A stretch of 64,000 bases of DNA, from positions 14,694,001-14,758,000 of the forward strand of contig CM068756.1 in NCBI GenBank assembly GCA_035084275.1. Direction: 5' to 3'. Source of the DNA: Hydrolagus colliei. Taxonomy: Eukaryota. The notes under the pieces are model-generated. The model was given only the letters and a program-made list of their open reading frames with translations, was not told the origin of the DNA and did not search any database. Made by a program: the position numbers and the translations under genes. Positions 25,831 to 38,651 of the stretch are shown here, piece after piece. How positions within the stretch are numbered: position 1 is the stretch's first letter; each line of letters opens with the position of its first letter.

Positions 25831-27405
25831 CTCCACCATCCCACCATTCCTGCTTCGCTGGTTTTCACCATGTCCCATGCATCTCGTTCCTCCAATTGTT
25901 CCTTACGAAACCCAACCATTGTTCCACCAACCAAATCCCCCACACCCCTCCAGACTCTTTCTCACATCTCTGGCAGCTAACGCTTTAAAGTTGTCTTCTT
26001 TTCAGCTCAGGTGCTGAATGTATCAATCGACTTCACGCTACGGAGTCATCTCAACATTTGGAGTCTTGTGACGCTCAAGTATGTTTCAAGTCCAACACTC
26101 CCTCACCTTCGCAAATATCTTTCCCTGGCACTGCCCAGATCATCATTCATGTTTTCATCACATACAAACTTGATTAACCCAACAGCTACTTGTTGGCTGT
26201 TGCGTTAATCTTTTACCAGATGCAATCGTGTGTCTATTCACATCTTTGCAGCCCCTGCCCTCTTTCGGAACAAAAGCCAACCTATGAATGAAATCCACAA
26301 TGGTTTCCCACCCGACAGCAGATCCCCACCATGTAAGCAACTTCCTGTAACATGATTGACTGAAATGCTCCTTTATCCCAGATATCAGGAGTCTAATTCA
26401 CATCTCCTGCCTTATTGTCCTTCCTCACCATAATAGAATGATCTGTTAGTCATTCTACTGCCGCTTTTTAGAACTCCATTCCAGGATTACTCAGGTTCTC
26501 TCCTTTGCTTCCCAGGTTCAAAGTGCCCCTCAAAACTAACTGCTGACTTATCTTTCGGTTAATTTCCTCCTGCCTGCTGCCAATTCCACCTTCAAATCCT
26601 CAACATTTTGACTCAGATACCCATGCAAGTATCCACCGGGCTTTGAGGTGTCCTACCAATGTGAATGGTGCATTATCAATGTAAATTGTATTCAAATCTT
26701 ATTCCTTATATCCCTGAAAGTTCTGCTGATATTTGGATCGTTTTCATTCATAACCTGTTAATCTGGCCAAACGGTGCAGACAAACCAAAGTTGCATAAAT
26801 ATTTCTTCGGAAAGTTATTCTTTCTGGTTCGAATAAATCCACTTTTAAACCCCAGTACCCGATGGTCATCCTGACGTGAAAGACACTATGCAGGTATACT
26901 TTTGTTATTGTTGTTTTCAACAAATACATTAGAGGGAACTCAATAAAATTTCCCTCTCACCCACACTAAATGGTGATTGTTATTCTCATCTGCACATTAC
27001 ATTACACTGAACATTTTCCTTCTGATTTGTAATTTCCTGCTAAAGATAAAAGTCAGGAAGTTTCCACCAAGTTAACCTAATTACTGAAGAACAATTCTTC
27101 CTTGCATTGTGCACAAAAAAATTAATTTCTGAATATCACAGAAATCATTATATAGTTCTACTTGGAGGCGAACATTTTCTTTTGTATGTCCTTAAAGGAC
27201 ATCCATTTTTACTCCAATTATAATTTGCACTAGGAGTTGTATTATTGTCGATCAAAATAAGATAAATATTGTTTTAATTCAGCAAATCGTTTTACTTTGA
27301 ACAAGAAAAATCTAGAAGGATAATGTATAATTTCAAGTGAATGACATTTGTAGAACTGTAAGAAATGTAAACTAATAGAAATCAGGATTAAAACAATTAC
27401 ATTTT

Positions 27406-27720
27406 CCTGTAGCTCAGTCATTAGAGTACTCGCCTTACAAGTGTGAGAACTATGTTCGAATCCAGGCAGATCAGGGTGAAACCTTGGCAAGTTTCCTTAC
27501 TCCGCATGCCTAATAATAATCCGTCCCCAAAAAACCCAGAATATAATTGGTCATTTCAATCCACGACTGTTTGTGGGACACTGTTGTGAGCAATTAGCTG
27601 CCGCGTTTCCCCATAAATATAGTCAAATTCACATTATAGTATATTCTGTGAAACGCTTTGAGACGTCGATAAGAAGTGAAAAAAGCTATATCAAAATTCC
27701 AGGATTATGTATTATTATTT
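27406..27720 (+). mobile_element. Full-length Deu-type SINE
   Basis: tRNA-like head gtagctcagtcattagag...gttcgaatcc, Deu core, ggattatgtattatt tail. Confidence 0.8.
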
Positions 27721-28815
27721 TAGCAATCTACAACATACAAGCGTATGAAAAAAACCCTAACCCTTCCTCACTCCCTTTGCCTTCTTCCTCTCTTTCTAGT
27801 TTCAGGTTTCGGCTAAAGACCTTTCTGTTCGACTGCGCGATGGGTCACTTTGTTCCCCTTCCCCTGGCATGGACCCGGGATCCGTTTTTGTGAAGCGCTC
27901 TGAGACGCCATCCAGCTTGGAGGGCGCTATATAAACCAAAGTTGTTGTTGTTGTTGTTGCAATCTCCTACAGTCAGGAAGTTTCCACCAAGGGAACCTAA
28001 TTACTAATCAACAATTCTTCCTTACATAGTGTACAAGAAAATCAATGAATTTCCGAATATTCCAGAAATCATTACATACTTCAACTTTTTTATGATTGTG
28101 TGCTTTAAAGTACGTATTTTCTTACTTAAAAAAAGTATAATCTGCACTCCAAGTTGTATTCTTGTCGATCACAATGAGAATTGTTATTAGGTTTCCACAA
28201 TGAGTCTTATTTTAATGCAGCAAATTGTTTCATTACGAACAAGAACAATCTATTAGGATAATGTTTAATTTCAATTGAAGGACATTTGTTCATCTGTGAG
28301 AAATTTAAACGAACAGAAGTCAGGTTTAAAACTATCACATTTTAGCAATACACAACTTATAGGCTTATGAAAAAAATGAAGCAAATATCAGATTTGATCC
28401 ATAAATTCCAAAACATTTATAGAATATTTGGGTTTTTGTGCATTCAACGGTTGAAAATGTATTCATTTGTTAAAATAAGTGATTCTGAATATATTCAAAT
28501 ATAATTTTTAAAGAACTGATTATTTTGATGTACCAGACTAAGAATACTGCAATAGCACAACACAATATCTTGTGCATATGTTGTTTGAAAAGGTCCCTTG
28601 AAATGGGTACCTTGCATCGTTATTCGTGGTAAGTCATTTTTAGTCGCACTTAATGTAGACAACAGCTTTTTGCAAATGGAAACCAATTAAACGTGTTTGC
28701 TCAATCTACAGAGGCAGGACGTTAAACGTCACTCACTTAAATTCATTTTAGCATTGACCACCCCTTAGTACAGATCAGCAGTGAGTTCAGATAGTGTCAG
28801 GTAGTGATCCGAACT

Positions 28816-29371
28816 ATGTCAAGTGTCATGTTCTACTATTTCTCTCTCATGGGGTTGCTTTCCACAGGTAGGTTTAATTTTTTTAAAATAGTTTATATTT
28901 ATAAGTGCTACCCTGAGAGAGAAGCGCTATGTAAATGAAACACGTTGTAAACAGTTTCATTGATGCGCTTTACCTCATGCTTTATATTTTCTCTGTACTC
29001 ATTTTCAAAGGCTATATATATTACTCAATGTTTGAATTTATTTCTGATAGTTGCTAAATGTGCTGTGGTGAAAGTGACTCAACTTCCCAAACACACAACT
29101 ACAACCAAAGGTGAAAGTGTGACTTTCTACTGTGCCATTGCCCATTTAGAAGGCAATTTACGTATAAAAGTGTACTGATGGAAGCTTGGGGAGAGGGAGT
29201 ACCTGCAAACAAGGCCAGATCCCAGGAAACAGTTTGGTTTTGAACAAGGAGGAAGCGGCTTCTTTCAGCTCCTGGATGTGAATGTTCAGGACTCTGGAGA
29301 TTATCATTGCGCTCTGGTGTTACAGGGGGAAATAGCAGCAAATGGAACTGGATCTACTTTAGCTGTTGATG
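28816..29371 (+). pseudogene. Gene B, SIRP-like pseudogene (leader 28816-28867, V exon 29051-29371)
   Basis: Paralog of gene A exons 1-2; the first Trp of the C-strand YWW motif is TGA at 29176-29178; no C1/TM exons follow because homology to the gene A intron stops at the hAT near 30090. Confidence 0.88.
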
Positions 29372-30092
29372 GTAAGTGTTAAACCAGCGCAGATCTGGAT
29401 CGTTGCTATCTTATCATATTAGGCGAGCATATCTAACTAATACACTGTACTCTGAAGGGAATCAAAATTAGGCTGAGAACGACATGAGTGCACATCATTT
29501 AATTTGGGCAATTTTCTAGTAGCTAACCCTAACCTGCTTCTGAAGAATATAGTCTGGCAAGTACCAATGTTTGGGTCCCGCTGGAATTTAATCAGCTAAA
29601 GTCACATACTTGTCCAGCAACTTGAAATAACTGTCTGACAAGATTCCCGCTGTTTATTTTGGGTCGACAAGCCCGGCGTTACTCATTTGTATTGCAAGGT
29701 TAAACAGGAGCTGAATGGGAAGAATCTCTGCCCCCATAACTGTCTGCCTCTAATCCCTGCCAATGAACCTGGCTGGCGGGTCTGTCACCAGCAAGGTCCG
29801 GGATTTCTCAGGACCCGTCAATGTTTGGAATCGAAATACTGACACAGAGGATTGACTGAGTTGCAACATTGCGTTGCTATGCTCATGGAGCCAGTTCAGC
29901 TCCAAGGAGACTCGGATAACCCCAATAGGAGAATCATCTAGGAGCTATAAACACGATAAACGTGCAAGTAACCAATTCAATGCAAGTCAATATTTGTTAG
30001 GTGTGTACTGGAAATAATTCGAATAGAACTGTCCTAGTAGCACAATTCAGGGTTGTTTAACATCTCTAGAATATCCATGTGTAGGTGGGATC

Positions 30093-32766
30093 CAGGGCCG
30101 TACGCAGGATTTTTAATGGGGGGGTGCGAATTGCTAGTGATGGGACCAACAATGGCCGGGGGCTTGCGGGCTGCCCCCGAAGCCCCCTCGAGGCTCCGAC
30201 GTTTTACACAGTTTGAGGTCTTATTTAATCGGTTTAGAAGATCCAATATGAACGGTAAATGTTTCATGTCCTTGGTGTTTAAGAGCATCATTATTTATTC
30301 AGTGTTTTTTTTTCCCCCGGTAGTCCGTGTCTAAATCTTTTGGGAAGGTCGAATGTGTTCGCCGATAAAAGCAAACACGATTGTTGACTCGATGATGTAC
30401 GGAATGTGAACGAGAAAGTAAATTACAATCCAATTAAAACAGTACAATGACGAATGCTTGATAAATGTATGCGTATAAGAGAAAATGATCATAAACTACA
30501 GATTGACAGTAATTAATAAGTTGTTCTGCATTGTTATCCTAAGACTCAATTTCTTTCGGACTGTAATGAACAATAATGTAATAATCACTGCGGATTATAT
30601 CATGGCCAATGATTGTGATGATATGGTTCTGTATTCTAGGTGAGGTATATTTAGAATTCCTATTTGCGAGCCCAACACTAGCAAGGTGATGTCGAAGAAC
30701 CTCGTCATGCTTCGCAATCATCTGTAGGGCTGCCAAAAAGTTTCCCGGATTACGTTTGTAATGTGTGCCGTCACTCGTAACCGTGTTACTTTCCACGACT
30801 CTTTCATTATCTCCTGTAAGTGCAATGTACTGACGTCCACAGAATAATACAGCTTCGGCAACTGTTCTTATGATATGTCGATCTCTTTCAATGTTTTTCT
30901 TCTTTTCATCGACCAAACGAATGTCTATCTTATGTTGTGGGTTCGCAACAGAGTCGCGCATTGATGCCGATCTAATCATAGAATTTACGTGATAACCATT
31001 TCGTTCATGTTCCTTCGCCTTCCCGTTTAGTTTGTAAAACATGGTAAAGGGTGTATTAACAAATGCCCCCATCCGTTTCCTCTCACTTGTTTGGACCATC
31101 AGTGCACAGTGAATGCAACAAGCAGCATCTAATGAAGGACTGTAGACCATCCATTTATAATCTTGCAAGTATCTCATCTTGAACTGGCGCTGACAATGGT
31201 GAAGGAACCGTGACGGGAAAATGTAATCTTCAGATGGGATGAAGTGGCTTGTCAAGAGATGGTATTTATATGCAACATCAAGTTTTTCCAATTGCATTGG
31301 TCAACTCCTCAGGGCTCAGAGTAGCATTTATGATGTTTCCGATATCATTAACGAAATGAGTAGACCTATGTTGTATAATTATAAGGGGCTCGGCAACTTC
31401 AGCAGAATGCTGGACACTTACGCAAACCTTGACCAGGAGATTAGGTGACTCATGAGGTATATACCAGGCTTCAAAGAGCCGCCCTGAACGTTTACTGGCG
31501 ACAGCATCTGACAAATAGTGAGCTATATGGTACACTACCACACTGGTATCACAGACATTACTGCAGAGGCGTCTTAGGTTTAGCGGACATAGCTGGAGAA
31601 GCCGGGAGGAAACTGTCCATAGTCCTACTATCCTATGGGAACCATTGCACTGTCACAGAACACGAGGTAGACCGACCCTAACCTACATCGATACTCTGGA
31701 GCGCGATTGGGGTATTGGCAGGCGGGAGTTTTCAGGCTGCATGGAGAGAAGGGATCAGTGGAGAAGTGTGGTTGTCAATGTCCGAGTTCGCTCGATCGGA
31801 TGACGGTGAAACTATTTTTATGCCAAATTCGTGCGACATTGATGTTTTTTCACTCTGGGTACAAAACTGAATGTGAAATTAAGTAGCATTGTTTATCTTT
31901 GCGGTCATATTTATTTTGCATGCCAGTGGACGTCTCTAAAAGCAATTTTTATTTACAGGAATACATTGTTAATAATATAAATCAAATGTGATAATCAAGT
32001 CAAAACAAGAAACATAATATTTCAGAAACACGCCTATCAAAACTTAAATCAGTTTTACTTACATTTATCAGATTAAAATACGATTTCAGCTTCCACAAAG
32101 TGGTGCTGCCTTTTTATGTAGTGACTGTATACGGGATGATTTCCAATTGACACACCACGTAGACATAGGCGCTAAAGCATTAGGCCTACGTCCATGAGTA
32201 TCTTTTTTAAAGATAAGCATTCCCGTCCAGACACATATCGCTTTTTTGGGGGTTCACAAAAGCTTTAATTTCTCAGAAGCTTGTAAATACGTTGTCATTG
32301 TTTGCTAGCATTACAGTCACACCTCACAAAACTTGAGTCATTTTTACTTACGGTCATCAGATGAAAAGATGATTTTAGCTTCCAGAATTGGTGCTGCCCC
32401 TTGTGGCTGTTTACGGGATGATTTCCAAACGAGGATTTGAGTCTTGGCGCCTATGTTTATCCAATCACGAGTCACAGACTCGCCGCGTCATTGACTCGTC
32501 TATCGACGCGGTATGTTTTGAGTAGACGCCGATTCTGGTGTGCGACTCGATAATTTTATATTAATACTAAAACATTCAAAGATGTGTGTTTATAATTTAT
32601 ACATAGTTTTGAAGAACTGATTGTTACACAAATGCTCAATAAATTTACTTTACTTGGTATCTAAATTTGATAAAAAACTACAATTCTCTACCCCGGAAAA
32701 TGTGGACCTTTTATAATTTGGGGGGGTGCGTACGCACCCGTCGCACCCCCCCTGCGTACGGGCCTG
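30093..32766 (-). mobile_element. hAT DNA transposon (Tip100/ZMYM1/THAP12-type transposase), internally deleted
   Basis: 16-bp TIRs cagggccgtacgcagg / cctgcgtacgggcctg (1 mismatch); ORF 30539-31297 with W-x2-YS-x3-D-x3-C-x2-C zinc finger and DUF4371-like LFCGRQ..AL.G, NPGNFLA, KYTSPRIQN; no TSD. Confidence 0.85.
31457..31700 (+). mobile_element. RTE/RTE-X LINE C-terminal fragment nested in the hAT
   Basis: YTRLQRAALNVYWRQHLTNSELYG-(frameshift)-RRLRFSGHSWR...RGRPTLTYIDTL. Confidence 0.6.
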
Positions 32767-32952
32767 CAATTTAAGATAAGTGACAGTAATCAACTTTGAT
32801 GTGGACAACTATTTTCACAAATCCCCACGATACACTGGGAACCAATCACCTGACCTGACAGAGGCTGGAAGTCAGTCACCACGCCTTAGATGTAAAATCT
32901 TAAACAACTATAACTACTTACTACAGCCAACGATTATTAGTCTCAATACCTA

Positions 32953-33013
32953 ATGAGAATGTCAGCGAGTTTTGTGTTTCAGCATGCATGTCTGTTAGGA
33001 TTGGTTTCCACAG
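32953..33013 (+). CDS. Gene C exon 1, signal peptide (MRMSASFVFQHACLLGLVST)
   Basis: Phase-1 donor G|GTGTGT; paralog at 48318. Confidence 0.78.
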
Positions 33014-33175
33014 GTGTGTATTCTTTTTTTAATCTAATTTGACAAAAATGGACATAGATTATATCATTTTATATAATTTTCTATTGATAGAGCAAGTCTG
33101 TATCTTGCTCTGTGCATTACTTTGTCTTTTGCTGTAATTCTCTTTCTAATTTATGTTTGAATTTATTTCTGATAG

Positions 33176-33496
33176 TTGTTGACGGTACAATGATCAGAGT
33201 GACCCAAATCCCAGATCATATGGAGGCAATTAGAGGCACTAACGTTACCTTCCACTGCATGTTTCCTGACGCTCAATCCAACTCACGTGTAAAAGTTTAC
33301 TGGTTGAAAGAGGGAGAGAATAGCTACCTGCATACAAGGGAGGATAAAAGACAACTGTTTGAGTTTGAAAGTGAACAAAAAAGCTTCTTTAAACTCCAAA
33401 ATGTGAATCTCCAGGACTCTGGTGTGTATCATTGTGTTCTCGTGCTTCAGGGGAAAATAGCGGCCAGTGGACCTGGATCACGTCTGGATGTATGGG
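33176..33496 (+). CDS. Gene C exon 2, IgV domain
   Basis: FHC...VYWLK...DSGVYHC...SGPGSRLDVW; gatag| acceptor, G|GTAGGT donor. Confidence 0.9.
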
Positions 33497-34691
33497 GTAG
33501 GTATGGTTTCAGTGAAGAACGGCAATATTCCAAAATAGATTTTGAGCCAAAAACTCTGACCATGTGTGAAGGACATTTTGATTGTTCTTAGAATATGAAA
33601 CAGGTGTTTCAAAATGTTATCCTTTTAAATGAATCTTCCTGGGACCAGGTGGGGTCTGCTTGGAGATGACTCCCGAAGTATTCACTTGACAATAGAATGT
33701 CTGAATCATATCAACCCTCTGCAATGGCCTCAGTGGTCCAGGTATTGACCCAGGCAGGGCTGCAGTATTCTGGGGGCACTTCTATACAGCCCAGCCAGCC
33801 TGACTCATCATTTGGAAGAGCAGAGAAAGCCTGGTATAATGGGCCACTGTTAACTCTGCAGGCAATATAGCCTTCTTGGGTATGGTTATGTCACATAGCT
33901 CATACACTCATGTGCAATAGCAAATCTTAATTTTATTATTCTTATCGTATTCTTACATGTTTGAAAAGTACATGCTACAGTGTTGGCCGGGAAGGTTGCA
34001 TTACCAGCAGTGCCTTTATTCTGATAAGATCAACAGCCATCCCGCCATTTGAGATTAACAATAAAAAAAATTACATGTTTGAAAAGAGAAGTATTTATTG
34101 GTGTGCTGATGAACACATCCATGATTGTATCCCCAGAAAAAAATGCAAATACAAAAAACTTTATGATTTGAGGGATTTCAACAAAACAAGGACCTATATC
34201 GGATGCAATGGTATTCAAAAATAATTTAATTAAGGTTTTGACAATTTCAAACCACAACTTTTTATTACCGGTAAATAAACTAAATACATTTAGTCAAATA
34301 CATTTTTAGTAATGAACTATTTCTTCACTTTACTGAGTAGGAATACAACAGAGCATACCAGTGTTGGCTATATTGCTGTTGTGACTATGTATATGGCTCG
34401 AACATTATTTTTCCCTCCGGAGTTTCTATCGATAACTATAAAAAACTTTTCCTTATTGCTCCATTCCAGGTAAGAAAACAGAATTAAAAGATCAAATTTG
34501 TATTAACGGGGAGATACATCAGAAGTATGAAAAATGATGTTTTTAGTGGAGATTGAGAAATTCAATGACAATTGTGCTAGCTTTACATGGTGTATTTGTT
34601 TACTTTTTGGAAAAACTGTAGTGACAATAAAGTTTAATCTCCACCAACTGAGTGTAAGTTCTGTAATTCTGCTGTACTGTTCGTTCTACAG

Positions 34692-35003
34692 TTCCTCCAA
34701 CTCCACTGAAAATCTTCTCCAACGTTACTAAAATAGGATCGCCAGTGCCTCTGACTCTTGTGTGTGAAACCACTGCATTTTATCCAGAGAATCTTAACCT
34801 CACTTGGTATAAAAATGGCACCAAAATTACATCTCGAATAGATATCTCTAAACAACGGAACGCAGAGGGATTGTATGAAGTTTCAAGCTTTGTGGAAGAG
34901 AATAAGCCTGTCCAAAGTGGGGTTGTTTATATCTGTCAGGTTTCTCACATCAGCCTTCAGATTCCAGAAATTGCTAACTATATAGTTCAGTTCTCCGACA
35001 CAG
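34692..35003 (+). CDS. Gene C exon 3, C1-set domain
   Basis: LVCETTAFYPENLNLTWY...YICQVSHISL; 312 nt, donor CAG|GTAGGA. Confidence 0.9.
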
Positions 35004-36475
35004 GTAGGATGCCCACAATCTTACTGTCAATTAATTTTTTCATGGTTTTTTTTAGTATCTGATTATATTTCCTGCGTGTTTACGAGTTGAAGCAAATCCC
35101 ATATTTTCTTTCTATTGTATTGGTGAGTTCGGATTTGACTGCTCATTTTCACTGATATCGGAATGAGATCTAGAGATCACTCCGTGGATGCACCCAGCCG
35201 TCCGTTTATAGTAATGATAATAATAATCATCTGTGTCCTTGGCTTTGATATAACACTTGGTAATGTTATTGATGCATCTCAAAATGCTTCACATAATGTA
35301 TATGAAATTGTATTGATTGTGTATATTGACATTAATTTCACCTAAATTGAACATTGCGACCCATGCTCATAGTTTTCCGGTAGAAAGATAGTACGAGAAG
35401 TCAGCTACAATTACAATTTTCACAGATATGCATATAAACTATACATTGCACTCTTTATGCAGAGTAGTCCATGGGACATACCACAGTTGGGGGCTTGGAA
35501 GCTGGGGCTTGATCATAGCTTCTGTCAAAGAGGGAAATGTTAAAGTGGTATTAAAATTAATTAAGAAGGGGGCCAGGCAGAGGGATTAAGGCAGGGATTT
35601 CCAAAGATTAGGACGGGAAATTCGACCAAGGATTACAGTTGTTGGACTTCCCCAGGCTTGCTCGTGACATCTGAGTAATGGGGACGACAGAGGAATGAGG
35701 TTAGAGAGGTTGGGGGCTGTTCGAGTATGAACATGAGACTGAGGGACCTGAAATCTATTCCTTTGAAGCCATGAAGGGAGTCCACGGTCATCAGCGTGCT
35801 GATTTTAACTATGTGAGGACACCAGTGATCCAGATTTGGATGAATTGGACCTTGTAAATGGTGGAACTGGGTGAGCCAGTAAGGAGTCTGTTTGCACTCA
35901 ATGGTGAGATGCAAAAGATGTGAAAAAGTTTATTAGTGGCATCTGGTGTAAGTCAAATACTAGTCGTCTTTCTCTCTTCCAAATAATTAACATTCAGCAA
36001 GCTTCCCTACTCCCCACACCTCTGTTTACCTAGCAATAGTTATTATTCGATTGGTGGTTTGCTTTTCCTGAAGTAATAAAGCCTTGAAAAAAAATCATAT
36101 GTTATTCACTCAATGCACGATTGTTTGTGGGACACTGCTGTGCTCAACTGGCTGTTGCCGGTTGCTCCCAAAATATACAGTCAATTCACTTTATGGTGCA
36201 TTCTGTGAAGCCTTGGAGATGTCTCAAAATATGATAACAACAAAATTAGATTTTGCTCCCACCTTGCTCATTGGGAGAACGTCCAGGTGCAAGTGCAAGG
36301 ATGACATTGACAATTATTATTATTATTAATAAAAACCTACCTGATATTTAATCTCCATTAGAGTTCAGTGATGTTTGCCTTGGCATGTCGTGACTTGTGT
36401 CACCCCCCAGTCTAAACCAATTTCTGTTGAACCCTACCCTGCACACTGGCTCATGGTTCTGTCTTTACTTCATAG

Positions 36476-36591
36476 TTTCTAACAGAGAACGCAATATTAT
36501 AATTTTCCGGTATGTATGCAGTGCGTTGGTAATACTTCTCTTGACTATCATCGTTGTGGACCATTTCAGAATTCATCCCATTCAAAGGTAA
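36476..36591 (+). CDS. Gene C exon 4, TM with Arg and short tail (NIIIFRYVCSALVILLLTIIVVDH...IQR*)
   Basis: ttcatag| acceptor in phase 1; hydrophobic run containing R; total CDS 810 nt = 270 codons. Confidence 0.75.
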
Positions 36592-37716
36592 AATATGTAT
36601 TGCTATTTGAGACTGCTGTTGCTTTAATATTAAATTGTTTGAGACGCAGTACAAAAAAACAGAAATATACTTGTATATCATTGTTTAAATATAACAACAT
36701 TTTTTTCATTTGATATAGAATTGTATCATGTCATTGAAACATCTCAAAGTGTTTCACTAATATATTGTATAGTAAATTGACTGTATATTTTGTGGTCAAA
36801 ATGTGGTAGTGAATTGAACTCAGCAGTGCACTACAAGCATTTGTGCATTGAGTCACCATTTTTTAAGTAGTATTACTGAAGGATATGCCAATTGACTTAC
36901 AACCAGGTTCCAACTTGCTGTGAGGCAAATAGAAGCATGTGGAGGAATAACATTTGTATAGTGCCTTTCACACCTGGAGAACATCCCAAGGCACTGAACA
37001 GTCAGTGTTTCAGACCCGAGCTGGGATCAGGATCAGGATTGGTGAGGGTGGAGTGTGGAACTTAAAGGAGGCTAGGGAGGGAGAGATGCAGAGAGATTGT
37101 GGAATGGAATTCCAGAGGTTAGGGGAGGTGAGCTAAGGCTGGTGGGATTGGTGTATCGGGGGACATGGAGCAGGCCAGAGCCTGCTCAGTGGAGGGAGTG
37201 GACAGGTTGGAAGGGGATGAGGAGGTCGCGGAAGTAAGGTGCACAGCCATGGAGGGATTTAAAGGTGACTTTAAAACTTTAAAGGAAACTTGCCCAAGGT
37301 TACTCTCCACCAAAAGTAAAATATGTTGATGTGGTGGTGGAATAAATATTTCTGTCCTACAAATTGAGGAAATTTGAAAATGAATTTCTTTATAATTGAT
37401 TTTAAATAACATGAATATGATGGTGCAACAAATTGATACTTTCACATTTGGTTGAACAACTTGTGGCAAATTATGCAAAAACCAAATTGCAAACATATTT
37501 TGCAAACAGACTTCACATAAAAGACCATTTTTACGTAAACAAAATGCATGGTGTTTGATGATGTTTTGCATTTGTAAAGTCATGAATGTAGTTTTGAAAA
37601 AAAATTCCAACATTTCAAGAGTTAAACTTAATCTGCGTCAAATCTCAAAACCGTGTATTTCTGCTTAAATACTGTGGAATAATTTCTGACAATGAGAAAA
37701 GCATGTGATATTACTA

Positions 37717-38436
37717 CAGTAGAAGCCCTTTATCCGTAACTCGATGCACCAATACTTCCATATAACTGGCACGCCCCAAAAAAAGTCCTCATTCGATAAA
37801 CCGGAACTTATCCGGAATAATAACAGTGGAGCATTTGTGAATGCATAAATAATAACATAACAGCAGAATATTGCATTGGCACTCACCGTCAAAACCACTA
37901 TCCCGCGCCCCCCAACCCCGCTGGTAGATACTGCGCTTGTATCCATGATGCTGTGGTTGAGGTTTACAGTCCAGCAACTCGCCACAAAATGGAGCACGCC
38001 AAGCGGGCAAAAAAAATGGAACGTATATGACTTTAAAGTCATACTAGCGGCAAGACAATAACGCTAGACGATAACCCACATTGTCGCGCAGGTGCAGTAT
38101 TTCGGTTTGCCACTAGTAGAGTCTAGGGCTTCAGCTTGCAGCTAGTAAAGTGGCGCTGCCGTTTTTTTCACCTGCCTGGCGTCTCCCATTCAAAAAAGAA
38201 TCGCTGGACCCCAACCAGCAAAGGTGAGAAGCGCAAGAGAGCAGCCCCAACAACAAGCACCAACACAACATTCTGTCACTATCTGCCACTACTTAGTCTG
38301 GTGTGTATGGTGTGTGTTAACAGAACTTTAATTTTCTTGTAGTGGGTTTTCGGCCGCGGGCCGCTTGAATATACGGCAGTCGCTTCAACCTTCATTGGCC
38401 AGGTCCCGCGGGTGCCGGATAAACGGGCTTCTACTG
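37717..38436. mobile_element. Tc1/mariner (pogo/Tigger-like) MITE
   Basis: About 21-bp TIRs cagtagaagccc(g)tttatccg, TA target duplication, empty site in the paralogous segment near 43883. Confidence 0.88.
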
Positions 38437-38620
38437 TATATTGAAAATTTATTTTTATATCAAGTACAGTATCTCACATTCAATAAAATATTAGCTGAAT
38501 GTAGGTTTGTTTCTTGGCCAAACGTTCGCACATATGTCTGTGCCTCATGGGAGCTGTACGCAACGTGTTTCAAAAATATCAACCAATCATCTTTCACGTT
38601 GTCTTATTTGTATTTTACAG

Positions 38621-38651
38621 GTTGGAGAGGCAGGGAGGTGCCCGGGCATGA
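38621..38651 (+). CDS. Possible alternative terminal exon of gene C (R-LERQGGARA*)
   Basis: Strong tattttacag acceptor, matches a phase-2 AG|GTAAAA donor at 36587; homologous sequence at about 44210. Confidence 0.35.

Noticed and set aside
25523-26017. 164-aa ORF as a host gene
   Set aside because: It spans a SINE tail and repeat-like sequence with no recognisable domain
27406-27480. tRNA gene
   Set aside because: tRNA-like A/B boxes are the head of a multicopy SINE continuing into the Deu core and L2 tail
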